From Macrostomum lignano (Eukaryota), in assembly GCA_002269645.1 (NCBI GenBank), contig NIVC01000211.1:372001-436000 (forward strand): a stretch of 64,000 nt of DNA. Direction: 5' to 3'. The notes under the pieces are model-generated. The model searched no databases. It saw only the letters and a program-made list of their open reading frames with translations, and had not been told where the DNA came from. The position numbers were made by a program, and so were the translations under genes. Shown here piece by piece: positions 45,501 to 58,309 of this stretch; the first letter of the stretch is position 1, and each line of letters opens with the position of its first letter.

Positions 45501-48500
45501 TTGACGCCACTTGAGCAAGGAATCTTCAGCTCACTGTGCGCTCGCCTAATTGCCTACGTGAATCCGTTTCATCGACTGCCGGCTAGCGAAGTCAGTCTGA
45601 TTGGCTACGATGCTTATCTAGCGCTGGCCTATCACACTGATCCGGATTATCCGCCTGCGGGCGAGAGGGAACGGTTTGTGCAATATCTGCGAGATAAGCT
45701 GCGGTCAGCGAGTAAGCCTGAGATTTGCGTGGCTGTTAAGCCCAAGCAGCGACACGAGGATAGGCTTGTTGTGAGTGCCGCGTATAAAGATTTGGTCTCT
45801 GGGGAGTTTAAGGGATTTCCCTGTTCACTTATAAAATGGAGGATTTCCCTGTTCCCTTAGAAATTGGAGGATTTCCCTGTTCCCTTAGAAATTGGAGGAT
45901 TTCCCTGTTCACTTAGAAATTGGAGGATTTCCCTGTTCACTTAGAAATTGGAGGATTTCCCTGTTCACTTAGAAATTGGAGGATTTCCCTGTTCACTTAG
46001 AAATTGGAGGATTTCCCTGTTCCCTTAGAAATTGGAGGATTTCCCTGTTCACTTAGAAATTGGAGGATTTCCCTGTTCACTTAGAAATTGGAGGATTTCC
46101 CTGTTCACTTAGAAATTGGAGGATTTCCCTGTTCACTTAGAAATTGGAGGATTTCCCTGTTCACTTAGAAATTGGAGGATTTCCCTGTTCACTTAGAAAT
46201 TGGAGGATTTCCCTGTTCCTTAGAAATTGGAGGATTTCCCTGTTCCTTAGAAATTGGAGGATTTCCCTGTTCACTTAGAAATTGGAGGATTTCCCTGTTC
46301 CTTAGAAATTGGAGGATTTCCCTGTTCCTTAGAAATTGGAGGATTTCCCCGTTCACTTAAAAATTGGAGGATTTCCCTGTTCCCTTAGAAATTAGAGGAT
46401 TTCCCTGTTCACTTAGAAATTGGAGGATTTCCCTGTTCCCTTAGAAATTGGAGGATTTCCCCGTTCACTTAAAAATTGGAGGATTTCCCTGTTCACTTAG
46501 AAATTGGAGGATTTCCCTGTTCACTTAGAAATTGGAGGATTTCCCTGTTCACTTAGAAATTGGAGGATTTCCCGTTCACTTAGAAATTGGAGGATTTCCC
46601 TGTTCCCTTAGAAATTGGAGGATTTCCCTGTTCACTTAGAAATTGGAGGATTTCCCCGTTCACTTAAAATTGGAGGATTTCCCTGTTCCTTAGAAATTGG
46701 AGGATTTCCCTGTTCCTTAGAAATTGGAGGATTTCCCTGTTCCCTTAGAAATTGGAGGATTTCCCTGTTCACTTAGAAATTGGAGGATTTCCCTGTTCCC
46801 TTAGAAATTGGAGGATTTCCCCGTTCACTTAGAAATTGGAGGATTTCCCTGTTCCCTTAGAAATTGGAGGATTTCCCTGTTCACTTAGAAATTGGAGGAT
46901 TTCCCGTTCACTTAAAATTGGAGGATTTCCCTGTTCCTTAGAAATTGGAGGATTTCCCTGTTCCCTTAGAAATTGGAGGATTTCCCTGTTCACTTAGAAA
47001 TTGGAGGATTTCCCTGTTCCTTAGAAATTGGAGGATTTCCCCGTTCACTTAAAATTGGAGGATTTCCCTGTTCACTTAGAAATTGGAGGATTTCCCTGTT
47101 CACTTAGAAATTGGAGGATTTCCCTGTTCCTTAGAAATTGGAGGATTTCCCCGTTCACTTAAAATTGGAGGATTTCCCTGTTCACTTAGAAATTGGAGGA
47201 TTTCCCTGTTCACTTAGAAATTGGAGGATTTCCCTGTTCCCTTAGAAATTGGAGGATTTCCCCGTTCGCTGAGGAATCAGGGGATTTCCCTGTTCGCTGA
47301 GGAATCAGGGGATTTCCCTGTTCGATGAGGAATCAGGGGATTTCTATGTTCCCTAAAGAATTCGGGGCTTTCCCTCTTTCTTAAAGAATTCGGGGCTTTC
47401 CCTTTTTTCCTAAAGAATTCGGGGCTTTCCCTCCTTCCTAAAGAATTCGGGGCTTTCCCTCTTTCCTAAAGAATTCGGGGCTTTCCCTTTTTTCCTAAAG
47501 AATTCGGGGCTTTCCCTCTTTCCTAAAGAATTCGGGGCTTTCCCTCTTTCCTAAAGAATTCGGGGCTTTCCCTCTTTCCTAAAGAATTCGGGGCTTTCCC
47601 TCTTTCCTAAAGAATTCGGGGCTTTCCCTCCTTCCTAAAGAATTCGGGGCTTTCCCTCTTTCCTAAAGAATTCGGGGCTTTCCCTCCTTCCTAAAGAATT
47701 CGGGACTTCCCTCCTTCCTAAAGAATTCGGGACTTCCCTCCTTCCTAAAGAATTCGGGGCTTTCCCTCCTTCCTAAAGAATCTCTGAAGGACTCACTTGT
47801 CCGGGAAGCATCAGAATGGATTTCAACAGAGTATTTTGGCTCACATCAATACGTACAACTCTCCAAATCTGTAAAACCTCAGGTAAGCGGTTTCTCGGCC
47901 ATCACAGACTTCCTATCCAAAGGTTTGGACATTCGTCTGTCCTGTCCTGTCCGAGCAATTGACTGGACAGCCGGACGTCCGGTTTCTGTCCGAAGCCAAG
48001 ACGGTCAAGTCTTCAAAGCTCGGCATTGCTGCGTTGTCTCCCTACCTGCCGGCGTGTTGAAAGGGCTGCACGATGATAGCAGCGTCACCTTTACGCCGCC
48101 TTTACCCAGGGCAAAGCGACAGGTGAGGGCTTTCTATGACACTCAGACATTAAGACAGGCACTGAGACAGGCACTGAGACAGGCACTGAGACAGGCACTG
48201 AGACAGGCACTGAGACAGGCACTGAGACAGGCACTGAGACAGGCACTGAGACAGGCACTGAGACAGGCACTGAGACAGGCACTGAGACAGGCACTGAGAC
48301 AGACACTGAGACAGGCACTGAGACAGGCACTGAGACAGGAACTAGGACAGACACTGAGACAGACACCAAAACCCAAGACAGACACCAAGACAGACACTGA
48401 GACAGACACCAAGACAGACACCAAGGCAGACACTGAGACAGACACTGAGGCAGACACTGAGACAGACACTAAGACAGACACTGAGACAGACACCAAGACA

Positions 48501-49509
48501 GACACCAAGACAGACACCAAGACAGACACCAAGACAGACACCAAGACAGACACTGAGACAGACACCAAAACCCAAGACAGACACAAAGGCAGACACCAAG
48601 ACAGACACTTAAGACAGGCACTAAGCAGGCTGCACACACAATTATCCATCAATTGAATCCGCACGCAGGCGCTGGGACGCCTCGGCATACCCAAAATCGG
48701 CGCCGAAACTCACGACAAAGTTGTGCTCCGGTTCGCCCGGCCGTTCTGGGATTTGGAGGCTCCGCATCTCGAATGCCCGGATCCTCGGGTTCACCTGCTC
48801 AATCTGCATCTGTACGGCAAGACTGGCGTCCTTATGGCTCACCTGTTCGGCGGCTCCAGCATGCGGACTGCCGGCCTCACCGATGACCAGATTGTTGGCG
48901 TCATTGTTGGTGCACTGCACCGCATGTATCCGATTGCTGCTGCCGGACAGCAACCTGTGAGTGTCCGACTGTCCGAGTGTCTGAGGTGACTGTCCAAGTG
49001 TCTGAGGTGACTGTCCGAGTGTCTGATGAGACTGTCCGAGTGTCTGATATGACTGTCCGAGTGTCTGAGGTGACTGTCCGAGTGTCTGATGAGACTGTCC
49101 GAGTGTCTGATATGACTGTCCGAGTGTCTGAGGTGACTGTCCGAGTGTCTGAGGTGAATGTCCGAGTGTGAGGTGACTTTCCGAGTGTCTAATGTGACTC
49201 CAAGTGTCTTATGTGACTGTCCGAGTGTCTGATATGACTGTCCGAGTGTCTGATATGACTGTCCGAGTGTCTTATGTGACTCCGAGTGTCTGATGTGACT
49301 GTCCGAGTGTCTGATATGACTGTCCAAGTGTCTGATATGACTGTCCGAGTGTCTGATATGACTGTCCGAGTGTCTGATATGACTGTCCGAGTGTCTGATA
49401 TGACTGTCCGAGTGTCTTATGTGACTCCGAGGTCTGATGTGACTGTCCAAGTGTCTCCTGTGACTGTCCGAGTTTCTAATCTGTCTGTTCGTCTGTCTGT
49501 CTGTCTAGC

Positions 49510-49584
<75 letters not shown>

Positions 49585-50092
49585 GTCTGTGTAGTCTTCT
49601 CTGAATTCCAAACAGTAATTGTCTGTCTGACCTGTCTTCCTGTTTTCTGTCTGAATATCTGCCTGCGCTCATCTGCATGTCACCAAAAAACCACATCCTC
49701 AGATCTTCAGTTTGGTCACGCGCTGGTCCGAGGACCCGTGGACGCTGGGCTCGTACACCTCCGGCGAGCTCGGCTGCAGCGAAGCTGACCGTTCAGTGTA
49801 CTCCAGCCCCCTGCCGGCTCCGTCTGCTAATCCTGGCTCGTCGCCAGCTCCTCCCAGAGTCCATTTTGCTGGTGAAGCCACAGTCTCCCTATCGGAAGCG
49901 TACCAGTGCACCCACGGCGCATTCTGGTCTGGCGTGCACCGCGCCAGCGACATCCTGCGCGCCTGCCAGCTGGACAGATTCATCCCGCCCGAGCGTCGGA
50001 TTGTCGACTATTTGATTGGCCGACTGCCGCCGCAGGAACCGTCGCATCCAATGAAACGACGTCGGTTGTGTGCTAATAGTAAATTCGTCTGA
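42587..50092 (+). CDS. Flavin-containing amine oxidase (PAOX/LSD1-like catalytic fold; 6 coding exons: 42587-43230, 44489-44728, 45452-45770, 47883-48122, 48669-48956, 49703-50092)
   Basis: [89 protein letters not shown] and [11 protein letters not shown]. Intron phases 2,2,0,0,0 all GT-AG. Ser/acidic low-complexity N-terminus; a 5' non-coding exon near 42254-42336 is possible. Confidence 0.88.
43640..44375. repeat. Intronic minisatellite, 21-bp unit (gcgccaaaatgagtgcctgc(g/a))
   Basis: Tandem array in oxidase intron 1. Confidence 0.95.
44786..44940 (-). mobile_element. tRNA-derived SINE, family 1, copy C (best-preserved head)
   Basis: Reverse complement ggggttgtagcctagtggtgagagcggcggactcacaactgaaaggtcgggggttcgattcc followed by ttgtgtccttgagtaagacacctaac...cacccagctgtaaaatgggtgcc. 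Confidence 0.8.
44941..45235. repeat. (CTAC/CTAT)n microsatellite
   Basis: Directly visible. Confidence 0.9.
45820..47780. repeat. Compound 28-bp minisatellite (agaaattggaggatttccctgttcactt grading into aaagaattcggggctttccctctttcct)
   Basis: Fills oxidase intron 3; transition units at ~47265-47350. Confidence 0.95.
48150..48620. repeat. 12-bp intronic minisatellite (gcactgagacag / acaccaagacag)
   Basis: Fills oxidase intron 4. Confidence 0.9.
48960..49585. repeat. 21-bp intronic minisatellite (atgactgtccgagtgtctgat) followed by (TCTG)n
   Basis: Fills oxidase intron 5 from the donor onward. Confidence 0.9.
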
Positions 50093-50634
50093 TACTACTT
50101 GCTAGAAGTTTTGTGCGAGTAGTGTGTCTTGGCTATATAAAGTTTGACGCTAATATATTTAGCCACTAAAATAAGCGAAGAAAAATGTTTTCTTAAGTGG
50201 TTTTTTAGTTTTTTATCTGCTGAATACTACTACAAATGACTAGTGAGTAGTAGATGGCCACAGGTATATGATTAGTAAGTTAAGTACTTTCTTGACAAAA
50301 TTTTTGGCGTGTTCTTAACGTTAGTGCTTTTTAACGGTGTTATTTCTCTTTATCCTAGTATATATTATCATCATTATATGTGTATTAAATAAGCACCTCT
50401 CCATGTGCCAGTAGGAATATACTGGTTAATAAACTTTGTACCTGTATAATTAATGTCATTATTTATCGCGATTACAATAGCTTTTTGAGCAAGTCTTTAT
50501 CTTTATCCTGCTGGATTTTGCTAAACGATGAACAAATAAAATGCGCTATTAAAACCCAACGGTCAGTATAGTTTTATTGCTTAATTATAGGCTACAATTC
50601 AACCCTTTTTCCTGCCCCTTTCTCTCTCCCCTAG

Positions 50635-51185
50635 CAATTCCTTACCCCCTCTGCCCAGGTCAATGTACACTGGCTCTCTCCCCCAGCAGTCCCTTACCCC
50701 CTCTGCCCAGGGCAAAGTACACTCGCTCTCTCCCCTAGCAGTCCCTTCCCTCCTCTGCCCAGGGCAATGTACACTCGCTCTCTCCCCTAGAAGTCCCTTC
50801 CCCCCCCCCTGCCCAGGTCAATGTACACTGGCTCTCTCCCCCAGCAGTCCCTTACCCACTCTGCCCAGGGCAATGTACACTCGCTCTCTCCCCCAGCAGT
50901 CCCTTACCCCCCCTGCCCAGGTCAATGTACACTGGCTCTCTCCCCCAGCAGTCCCTTACCCCCTCTGCCCAGGGCAATGTACACTCGCTCTCTCCCCTAG
51001 CAGTCCCTTCCCTCTGCCCAGGGCAATGTACATTGGCTCTCTCCTCCAGCAGTCCCTTCCCCCTCTGCCCAGGGCAATGTACACTGGCTCTCTCCCCCAG
51101 CAGTCCCTTACCCCCTCTGTCCAGGGCAATGTACACTCCCCCAGCAATCCCTTCCCCCCACTGTCCCAGGGCAATTTAAACTCTC
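50635..51185. repeat. ~52-bp intergenic minisatellite (cagtcccttaccccctctgcccagggcaatgtacactggctctctccccag)
   Basis: Visible tandem array. Confidence 0.9.
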
Positions 51186-52084
51186 TACCCTACAATCTTT
51201 TATCAAACTTGGTTTCTGAAACTACAAGTTACTAATTTCGTTATGGAGTTAGCATTGTTTAGTAGTATATTAAAAACTTTAATGTTGTGCATATTGTATT
51301 CAAGCGTATATTCAAAGTTACTTTTCTTTTATTATTTATTATAGAACCTTGCTTTGTTTATCGATAGCTTTTTTTCAATTGTTGATTTTTCTGTTTTCGC
51401 TTTCTTGAGTTTTCTTTGCACAAAAGATTCTAATTTGTTTTTTCGTCTTTAAACATTTTTTAAACTAATAACTATAGTTTTAGTGCAATATGTTAATTTT
51501 GATTCTATTGATTTAAATATATTCATTGATTCTGCACTTGCTACTTATAGTAATACTATAAAAATATGACGCACAATTTTTGACTATCCGACATTTAACT
51601 AGATGACACCCATGACTCATTATTGAACTCTCATTACTATTAATAATTTCGTTTCTCTGTGTAATTATCAAACCGAAATTAATAAGGTGCTTTCAAACTT
51701 GAACCCAGCCACCCATGCAGCTAGCAGCAAGCAGAATTCCACTAAATTGTCCGATTCATACTGTATCCCATTAAGCTTTACTTACTTTATACAGTAGTAT
51801 ATTAAAAATGTTGTTGTATCTCCTAACTGTAATATATTTCTAATTACTGTTTGATAAATTAACCAAATATCACTCAGTGACGATATTGTGTACAGTGTGA
51901 CTAAATTTCATTAACGTGTCAATTCGCAGCTGTTTTTGTTAACTATTACTATAAGTAATATAAAAACAAATTGTCAAGAATTTCAAGCTTTGTTCTTCAA
52001 TTCTCAGTTGTTTGTAAAGTCTACGTTTTTTCCGTTTTTTGTGCATCATTTGTTTGTTTTTCTTCAATGTATAATTGGATACCC

Positions 52085-52775
52085 CTCTCTTTACCTGCCC
52101 TCTGTACCCTCTCCCTGCCCTCTGTACCCTCTCCCTGCCCTCTGTACCCTCTCCCTGCCCGCTGTACCCCCTAACTACCCTCTGTACCCTCTCCCTGCCC
52201 TCTGTACCCTGTAACTACCCTCTGTACCCTCTCCCTGCCCTCTGTACCCTCTCCCTGCCCTCTGTACCCTCTCCCTGCCCGCTGTACCCCCTAACTACCC
52301 TCTGTACCCTCTCCCTGCCCTCTGTACCCTGTAACTACCCTCTGTACCCTCTCCCTGCCCTCTGTACCCTCTCCCTGCCCTCTGTACCCTCTAACTACCC
52401 TCTGTACCCTCTCCCTGCCCTCTGTACCCTCTAACTACCCTCTGTACCCTCTCCCTGCCCTCTGTACCCTCTAACTACCCTCTGTACCCTCTCCCTGCCC
52501 TCTGTACCCTCTCCCAACCTTCTGTACCCTCTCCCTGCCCTCTGTACCCTCTCCCTGCCCTCTGTACCCTCTAACTACCCTCTGTACCCTCTCCCTGCCC
52601 TCTGTACCCTCTCCCTGCCCTCTGTACCCTCTAAATACCCTCTGTACCCTCTCCATGCCCTCTGTACCCTCTCCCAACCCCCTGTACCCTCTCCCTGCCC
52701 TTTGTACCCTCTCCCTGCCCTCTGTACCCTCTCCCAACCCTCTGTACCCTCTCCCTGCCCTTTGTACCCTCTCCT
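52085..52775. repeat. 20-bp minisatellite (ctctgtaccctctccctgcc) upstream of acid phosphatase 1
   Basis: Visible tandem array. Confidence 0.95.
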
Positions 52776-52897
52776 CATACCAATCATCATAAAAATGATT
52801 CACTTTGATATTGACAAATAATTGTTTAATAAATTGTGTATTTCAATAATTCCATCCAATCGCTTACTGTGTTGCATGCCATCTCCAACAGACAGGC

Positions 52898-55800
52898 ATG
52901 CTTCGGTCAGTATTGTTGCTGCTGTTGTGCCAATTTCTTCCTCTAGTAGAGATTTGTCGCACATCGGCCGAAGCTCAAGCAAGCAAGGAGGAGTCTGTCT
53001 CTCAGTCGGCACCCACCCTGCTCCAGGTGACTCTGCTGTATCGTCACGGGGAGCGAACCCCGGTGCACAAGTTTCCTTCGGATCCTTACAAGCAGCTGTT
53101 TCGACCGTACGGCAGTGAGCAGCTTCTGAAAGAGGGCGTCAGGCAGCACTTTGAGCTGGGCAAATATCTGCGTAGGAGGTACTCAAGCTTGTTGCCAAGG
53201 CGATTCAATGTCACCCGGATGCACGTGCGCAGCACAGACACGGATAGGACTATCATGAGTGCTCAGGCCAATCTGGCTGGCTTGTTTCCTGAGCAGTGCT
53301 CTGCGGCTGCTGATGGCGCTGCCCAGCTGCCCGCCTGCTATCCTGTGCCGGTATGTCTGTGTGCTGTCTGCTGTGTCTTTGTGTCTGCTGTGTCTTTGTG
53401 TCCGCTGTGTCTTTGTGTCTGCTGTGTCTTTGTGTCTGCTGTGTCTTTGTGTCTGCTGTGTCTTTGTGTGTGTCTGCTGTGTCTTTGTGTGTGTCTGCTC
53501 TGTCTTTGTGTGTGTCTGCTGTGTCTTTGTGTCTGCTGTGTCTTTGTGTCTGCTGTGTCTTTGTGTCTGCTGTGTCTTTGTGTCAGCTGTGTCTTTGTGT
53601 CTGCTGTGTCTTTGTGTCTGCTGTGTCTTTGTGTCTGCTGTGTCTTTGTGTCTGCTGTGTCTGTGTCTGCTGTGTCTTTGTGTCTGCTGTGTCTTTGTGT
53701 CTGCTGTGTCTTTGTGTCTGCTGTGGATCTTTGTGTCTGCTGTGTCTGTGTGTGTCTGGTGTGTCTTTGTGTCCGCTGTGTCTTTGTGTCTGCTGTGTCT
53801 TTGTGTCTGCTGTGTCTTTGTGTGTGTCTGCTGTGTCTTTGTGTGTGTCTGCTGTGTCTGTGTGTGTCTGCTGTGTCTTTGTGTCTGCTGTGTCTTTGTG
53901 TCTGCTGTGGATCCTTGTGTCTGCTGTGTCTGTGTGTGTCTGGTGTGTCTTTGTGTCTGCTGTGTCTTTGTGTGTGTCTGCTGTCTGCTATGTGTCTGCT
54001 ATGTGTCTTTTGAGCACATAAATACATCTGTGTCTGCTGTGTGTCTGTCTGCTGTGTCTGTGTGTGTCTGCTGTGTCTTTATGTTTGTCTGCTGTCTGTT
54101 GTGTGTCTGCTGTGTCTTTGTGTCTGCTGTGGATCCTTGTGTCTGCTGTGTCTGTGTGTGTCTGGTGTGTCATTGTGTCTGCTGTGTCTTTGTGTGTGTC
54201 TGCTGTCTGCTGTGTGTCTGCTGTGTGTCTTTTGAGCACATAAATACATCTGTGTCTGCTGTGTGTCTGTCTGCTGTGTCTGTGTGTGTCTGCTGTGTCT
54301 TTATGTTTGTCTGCTGTCTGTTGTGTGTCTGCTGTTCCTGTCCACCTGTTCCTCTCACTCACCAGTTGCCCCCCCCTTCACCCCGCCGCAGATCCACACT
54401 GTACCGAAGCCCACAGACCAGCTGCTCAAGATGAGCTCCCCCTGTCCAGCCTACACTCGGCACTGGCGCGAATTCAAACTGCGCCCCGATGGTCCGTACG
54501 CGTCCGCTGGCCGGCGATTCGCCTGGCTGGCCGAGCGCGCTCGAGTCGGGACTGGGTGGCGCCAAGGCGAGCCTCTGGGCATCTCTGAACTATGGAAAAT
54601 CGCCGACCCCATTGCAGTGTGGCGCTCCCTAGGGTTGAAGCTGCCCGACTGGGTGGATCGTGACGTCATAGCCGGATTAGAAGAGCTGCGACATTTGAAA
54701 TTTGCTTGGAAATTCTCGGAACCGAAATTGTACGGCAGCAGGATTGGAGCCCTGATTGCTCGGTTGGTTGGGGATATGGAAGCTCGTCTGGCTGGGAGAA
54801 GCAATAAGGTGCGGTGGGGATTGTTTTTTGGGAATTTTTCCCTTCCTTGTTATTTGTCATTAGGAATTCTAAAACACAATATTTAAAATCTTAAATCCTT
54901 TTTATAGTCCATTTTTTGAGAATTCTTCTCAAAATGTTTAAAATCCCAATCCTGATTTTATATCCCAGATCCTAGATTACTTTATAATCCTCTTATTAGG
55001 AATTCTTTCCCAAAATATTTCAAATCCCAATTCTGCTTTATGATCCCGTTATTGATGATTTTCCACAAACATAAAAAAATCTCAACTTTTTTTTCCCTTT
55101 ATTAATCCCATTATTGGGAATTCTCCCCAAAATTTACAAATCTCAGTTATGGTTTATAATCCACTTGTTGGCAATTCTTCCCCAAATATTTAAAATCCCA
55201 GTTCTTAAATATGATCGCAATAACGAAAATTCTCCCCCAAATATTTAAAATTTCAATTCTGATTTATGATCCTATCAATAGAAATTCTCTCTCCCCAACC
55301 ATTTAAAATCCTAGTTTTGATTTTATTATCTCCTTATTTGTAATTCTCCCTCAAATATTCAAAAAATCCAAATTCTGATTTAAAATCTCCATATTGAAAA
55401 TTCTTCCCCAAATATTTAAAATCCTTTTTGGGGATTGTGTAATCGATGTTGATCCCATCTGAAATGCGGATTTTCCTACCGCATTCATACTCCCCAGATT
55501 CTGCAAGTGTACTCCGCACACGACAGCACCGTCTCTGCATTTTTAAGCGCCTTTGGCGTCTTCAACAATCTCCAACCTCCATTGGCTGCCTGCGCTATGC
55601 TAGAACTGTACAGCGATGGAGAAGTGCGGTTGTTCTATCGGAATGCTTCTACTACTACTACTAATAGTAGTTTGTCAGCTGATCCGCCACTGCCAATGCT
55701 GATACCATTCTGTCAGAAGCCCTGCCTACTAAGCCAGTTAGCTAAGCAGATGCGCAAGCGCGGTGCTCACTCTGATTCAGGCGAATCGATGTGCGAATTA

Positions 55801-56004
55801 GCTACTGATAGTAGCGTTTCTAAAACTACTGTTACTACTGATAGTAGTTCTAATGCGATTTTCATTGTACTTTTTGGATTGATTCTTTGTCTAGCTATTG
55901 CTCTCTTAATCACCTGTTGGTTGTGGAATAAAGAGCGACAGCTGAGATTGGAGTTTGATAGTAATATGTTTGCTAATCATATTAGTAAGACGAAGGATTG
56001 CTAG
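52898..56004 (+). CDS. Histidine acid phosphatase, lysosomal/prostatic type, type I membrane protein (3 exons: 52898-53350, 54392-54808, 55498-56004)
   Basis: Signal peptide MLRSVLLLLLCQFLPLV, RHGERTP, RSTDTDRTIMSAQANLAGLFP, PVP|IHTVP, YSAHDST (HD), C-terminal TM IFIVLFGLILCLAIALLITCWLW. Introns GT-AG, phase 0. Confidence 0.9.
53355..54335. repeat. 17-bp intronic minisatellite (ctgtgtctttgtgtctg)
   Basis: Fills intron 1 of phosphatase 1; source of the Cys/Val-rich spurious ORFs. Confidence 0.95.
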
Positions 56005-56599
56005 TCTATATTGACTGTCTACAGCTAGACTCTATTGGAATCCTCTATATGGACTTTTGGGGCATTTCGTGCGATTCACAACCCATGAGAGGCCAACCAC
56101 CAAGGATCAGAGGAATTCTTTGTTAAATATGTTTGTTTGTTTGGCTTCACCTATGCTTAAATTCCAGGTTTTGTTATTTTGTGAAATTCCGGTATCGTAT
56201 TTTTGTATGAAATTATGCTAGGTAAAGTATATTATAATACTTTAGTATTCCTTGCGCCTTAAGAAATCCTCAACAGTGAAACTGTATACTCCTTTTTATA
56301 ATTGGGATTTTTTCCTGAGCTCCAGTTGTATCAGTTAGTGATTTGGCAATCAGTCACTTCTGTATGATATGCTGCCCGGGTCGGCAAATCTACCTTGAAA
56401 AGTCAGATCAAGAATCTTCATCAGTTCATGGCTGAGGGGAGGGGAGGAGAGAGAATGAGGACTGAGATGTAAAAATGAGAGATGATGAAGGCTAGACAGA
56501 AAATACAAAGAAAGAAAAGATCGGACGGTAGTTGAGAGAGCAGAGAAGAGAGGTGAGAAAAGGGGGAGAGAGGGCATTGATGATAGAAGAGTAGAGTGA

Positions 56600-57760
56600 G
56601 TAGAAAATAGGGGAAAGAGAAGAGGATAAAGAAGAGGGGAGAGAAGAGAGGGGAGGGAGAGAAGAGAGGGAGGGGAGAGAAGAGAGGGAAGAGAAGAGAG
56701 GGGGAGAGAAGAGAAGAGACGGGGAGGAGAGAAGAGAGGGGGAGAGAAGAGAGGGGGGAGAGAAGAGAGGGGAGGAGAGAAGAGAGGAGGAGAGAAGAGA
56801 GGGGAGGAGAGAAGAGAGGGAGAGAAGAGAGGGAGGAGAGAAGAGAGGGGAGGAGAAAAGAGAGGAGGAGAGAAGAGAGGGGAGGAGAGAAGAGAGGAGG
56901 AGAGAAGAGAAGGGAGGAGAGAAGAGACAGGGAGGAGAGAAGAGAGGGGAGGAGAGAAGAGACGGGGAGGAGAGAAGAGAGGGGGAAAGAAGAGAGGGAG
57001 AGAAGGGACGGGGAGGAGAGAAGAGAGGGAGAGAAGAGACGGGGAGGAGAGAAGAGAGGGAGAGAAGAGAGGGGAGGAGAGAAGAGAGGGGAGAGAAGAG
57101 AGGGAGAGAAGAGAGGGAGGAGAGAAGAGAGGGAAGGAGAGAAGAGAGGGGGAGAGAAGAGAGGGAGAGAAGAGAGGGAGGAGAGAAGAGAGGGGGAGAG
57201 AAGAGAGGGAGAGAAGAGACGGGGAGAAGAGACGGGGAGGAGAGAAGAGAGGGGGAGAGAAGAGAGGGGGGAGAGAAGAGAGGGGAGGAGGGAAGAGAGG
57301 AGGAGAGAAGAGAGGGGAGGAGAGAAGAGAGGGAGAGAAGAGAGGGGAGGAGAGAAGAGAGGGGAGGAGAAAAGAGAGGAGGAGAGAAGAGAGGGGAGGA
57401 GAGAAGAGAGGAGGAGAGAAGAGAAGGGAGGAGAGAAGAGACAGGGAGGAGAGAAGAGAGGGGAGGAGAGAAGAGACGGGGAGGAGAGAAGAGAGGGGGA
57501 AAGAAGAGAGGGAGAGAAGAGACGGGGAGGAGAGAAGAGAGGGAGAGAAGAGACGGGGAGGAGAGAAGAGAGGGAGAGAAGAGAGGGGAGGAGAGAAGAG
57601 AGGGAGAGAAGAGAGGGGAGGAGAGAAGAGAGGGAAGGAGAGAAGAGAGGGGGAGAGAAGAGAGGGAGAGAAGAGAGGGGAGGAGAGAAGAGAGGGGGAG
57701 AGAAGAGAGGGAGAGAAGAGACGGGGAGGAGAGACGGGGAGGAGAGAAGAGAAGAGGCAA
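56600..57760 (+). repeat. Polypurine low-complexity array (gaggggaggagagaaga-like)
   Basis: More than 1.1 kb almost exclusively G/A on +. Confidence 0.95.
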
Positions 57761-58309
57761 GAGGAAATGACAGTAGAAGCGAACGAGGATAGAGGAGACA
57801 AGAGAGCTAAGAAGGGACACAAATCTTAAACGGGTCGGATTCCTATTGTAAAGTTTCAATGGGCCCGAATGCCAGGGACTTTGCCAACCCCGTAATGTAG
57901 GTCAATTCCGCCTCCAAGTTTATTGTTTAAAATACAATAAAATAGTGCTAACTTTAACAAAATGAATTTTGAAATGCTTTCTTTATATCATTCATTTTTC
58001 TAAGTAGTTTTACTATTAGTAGTGATGCACGCATTTAGATGCAAGAATTTGTTTTTCTTAAAGTTGTTTCGTCTGTCTATTTACAATAATTAGATTAATT
58101 ATAAGATTTACCCCGATGATTAGTCAGGTATATCTAATTCCTAGAAAGTATAAATTAATTTTCGTATCATTACATGTACTTATTTAAGCACAGCGCGCTG
58201 CATCTTATAAAATATTTGATGTTTGGGTGATGACTGACAAATTTCTCATTTCGTTTCTATTTTTGTATCCTATTTTGACAATTTAGCACAGCCAATCTGG
58301 TCCACTGCC

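Noticed and set aside
45820-47265. Derivation of the 28-bp satellite from the 34-bp TIR unit
   Set aside because: Only short ggatt/ccc similarity, insufficient to claim homology.
53259-54434. Cys/Val-rich ORFs suggesting metallothionein or keratin-associated proteins
   Set aside because: They arise from the 17-bp intronic repeat of the phosphatase gene.
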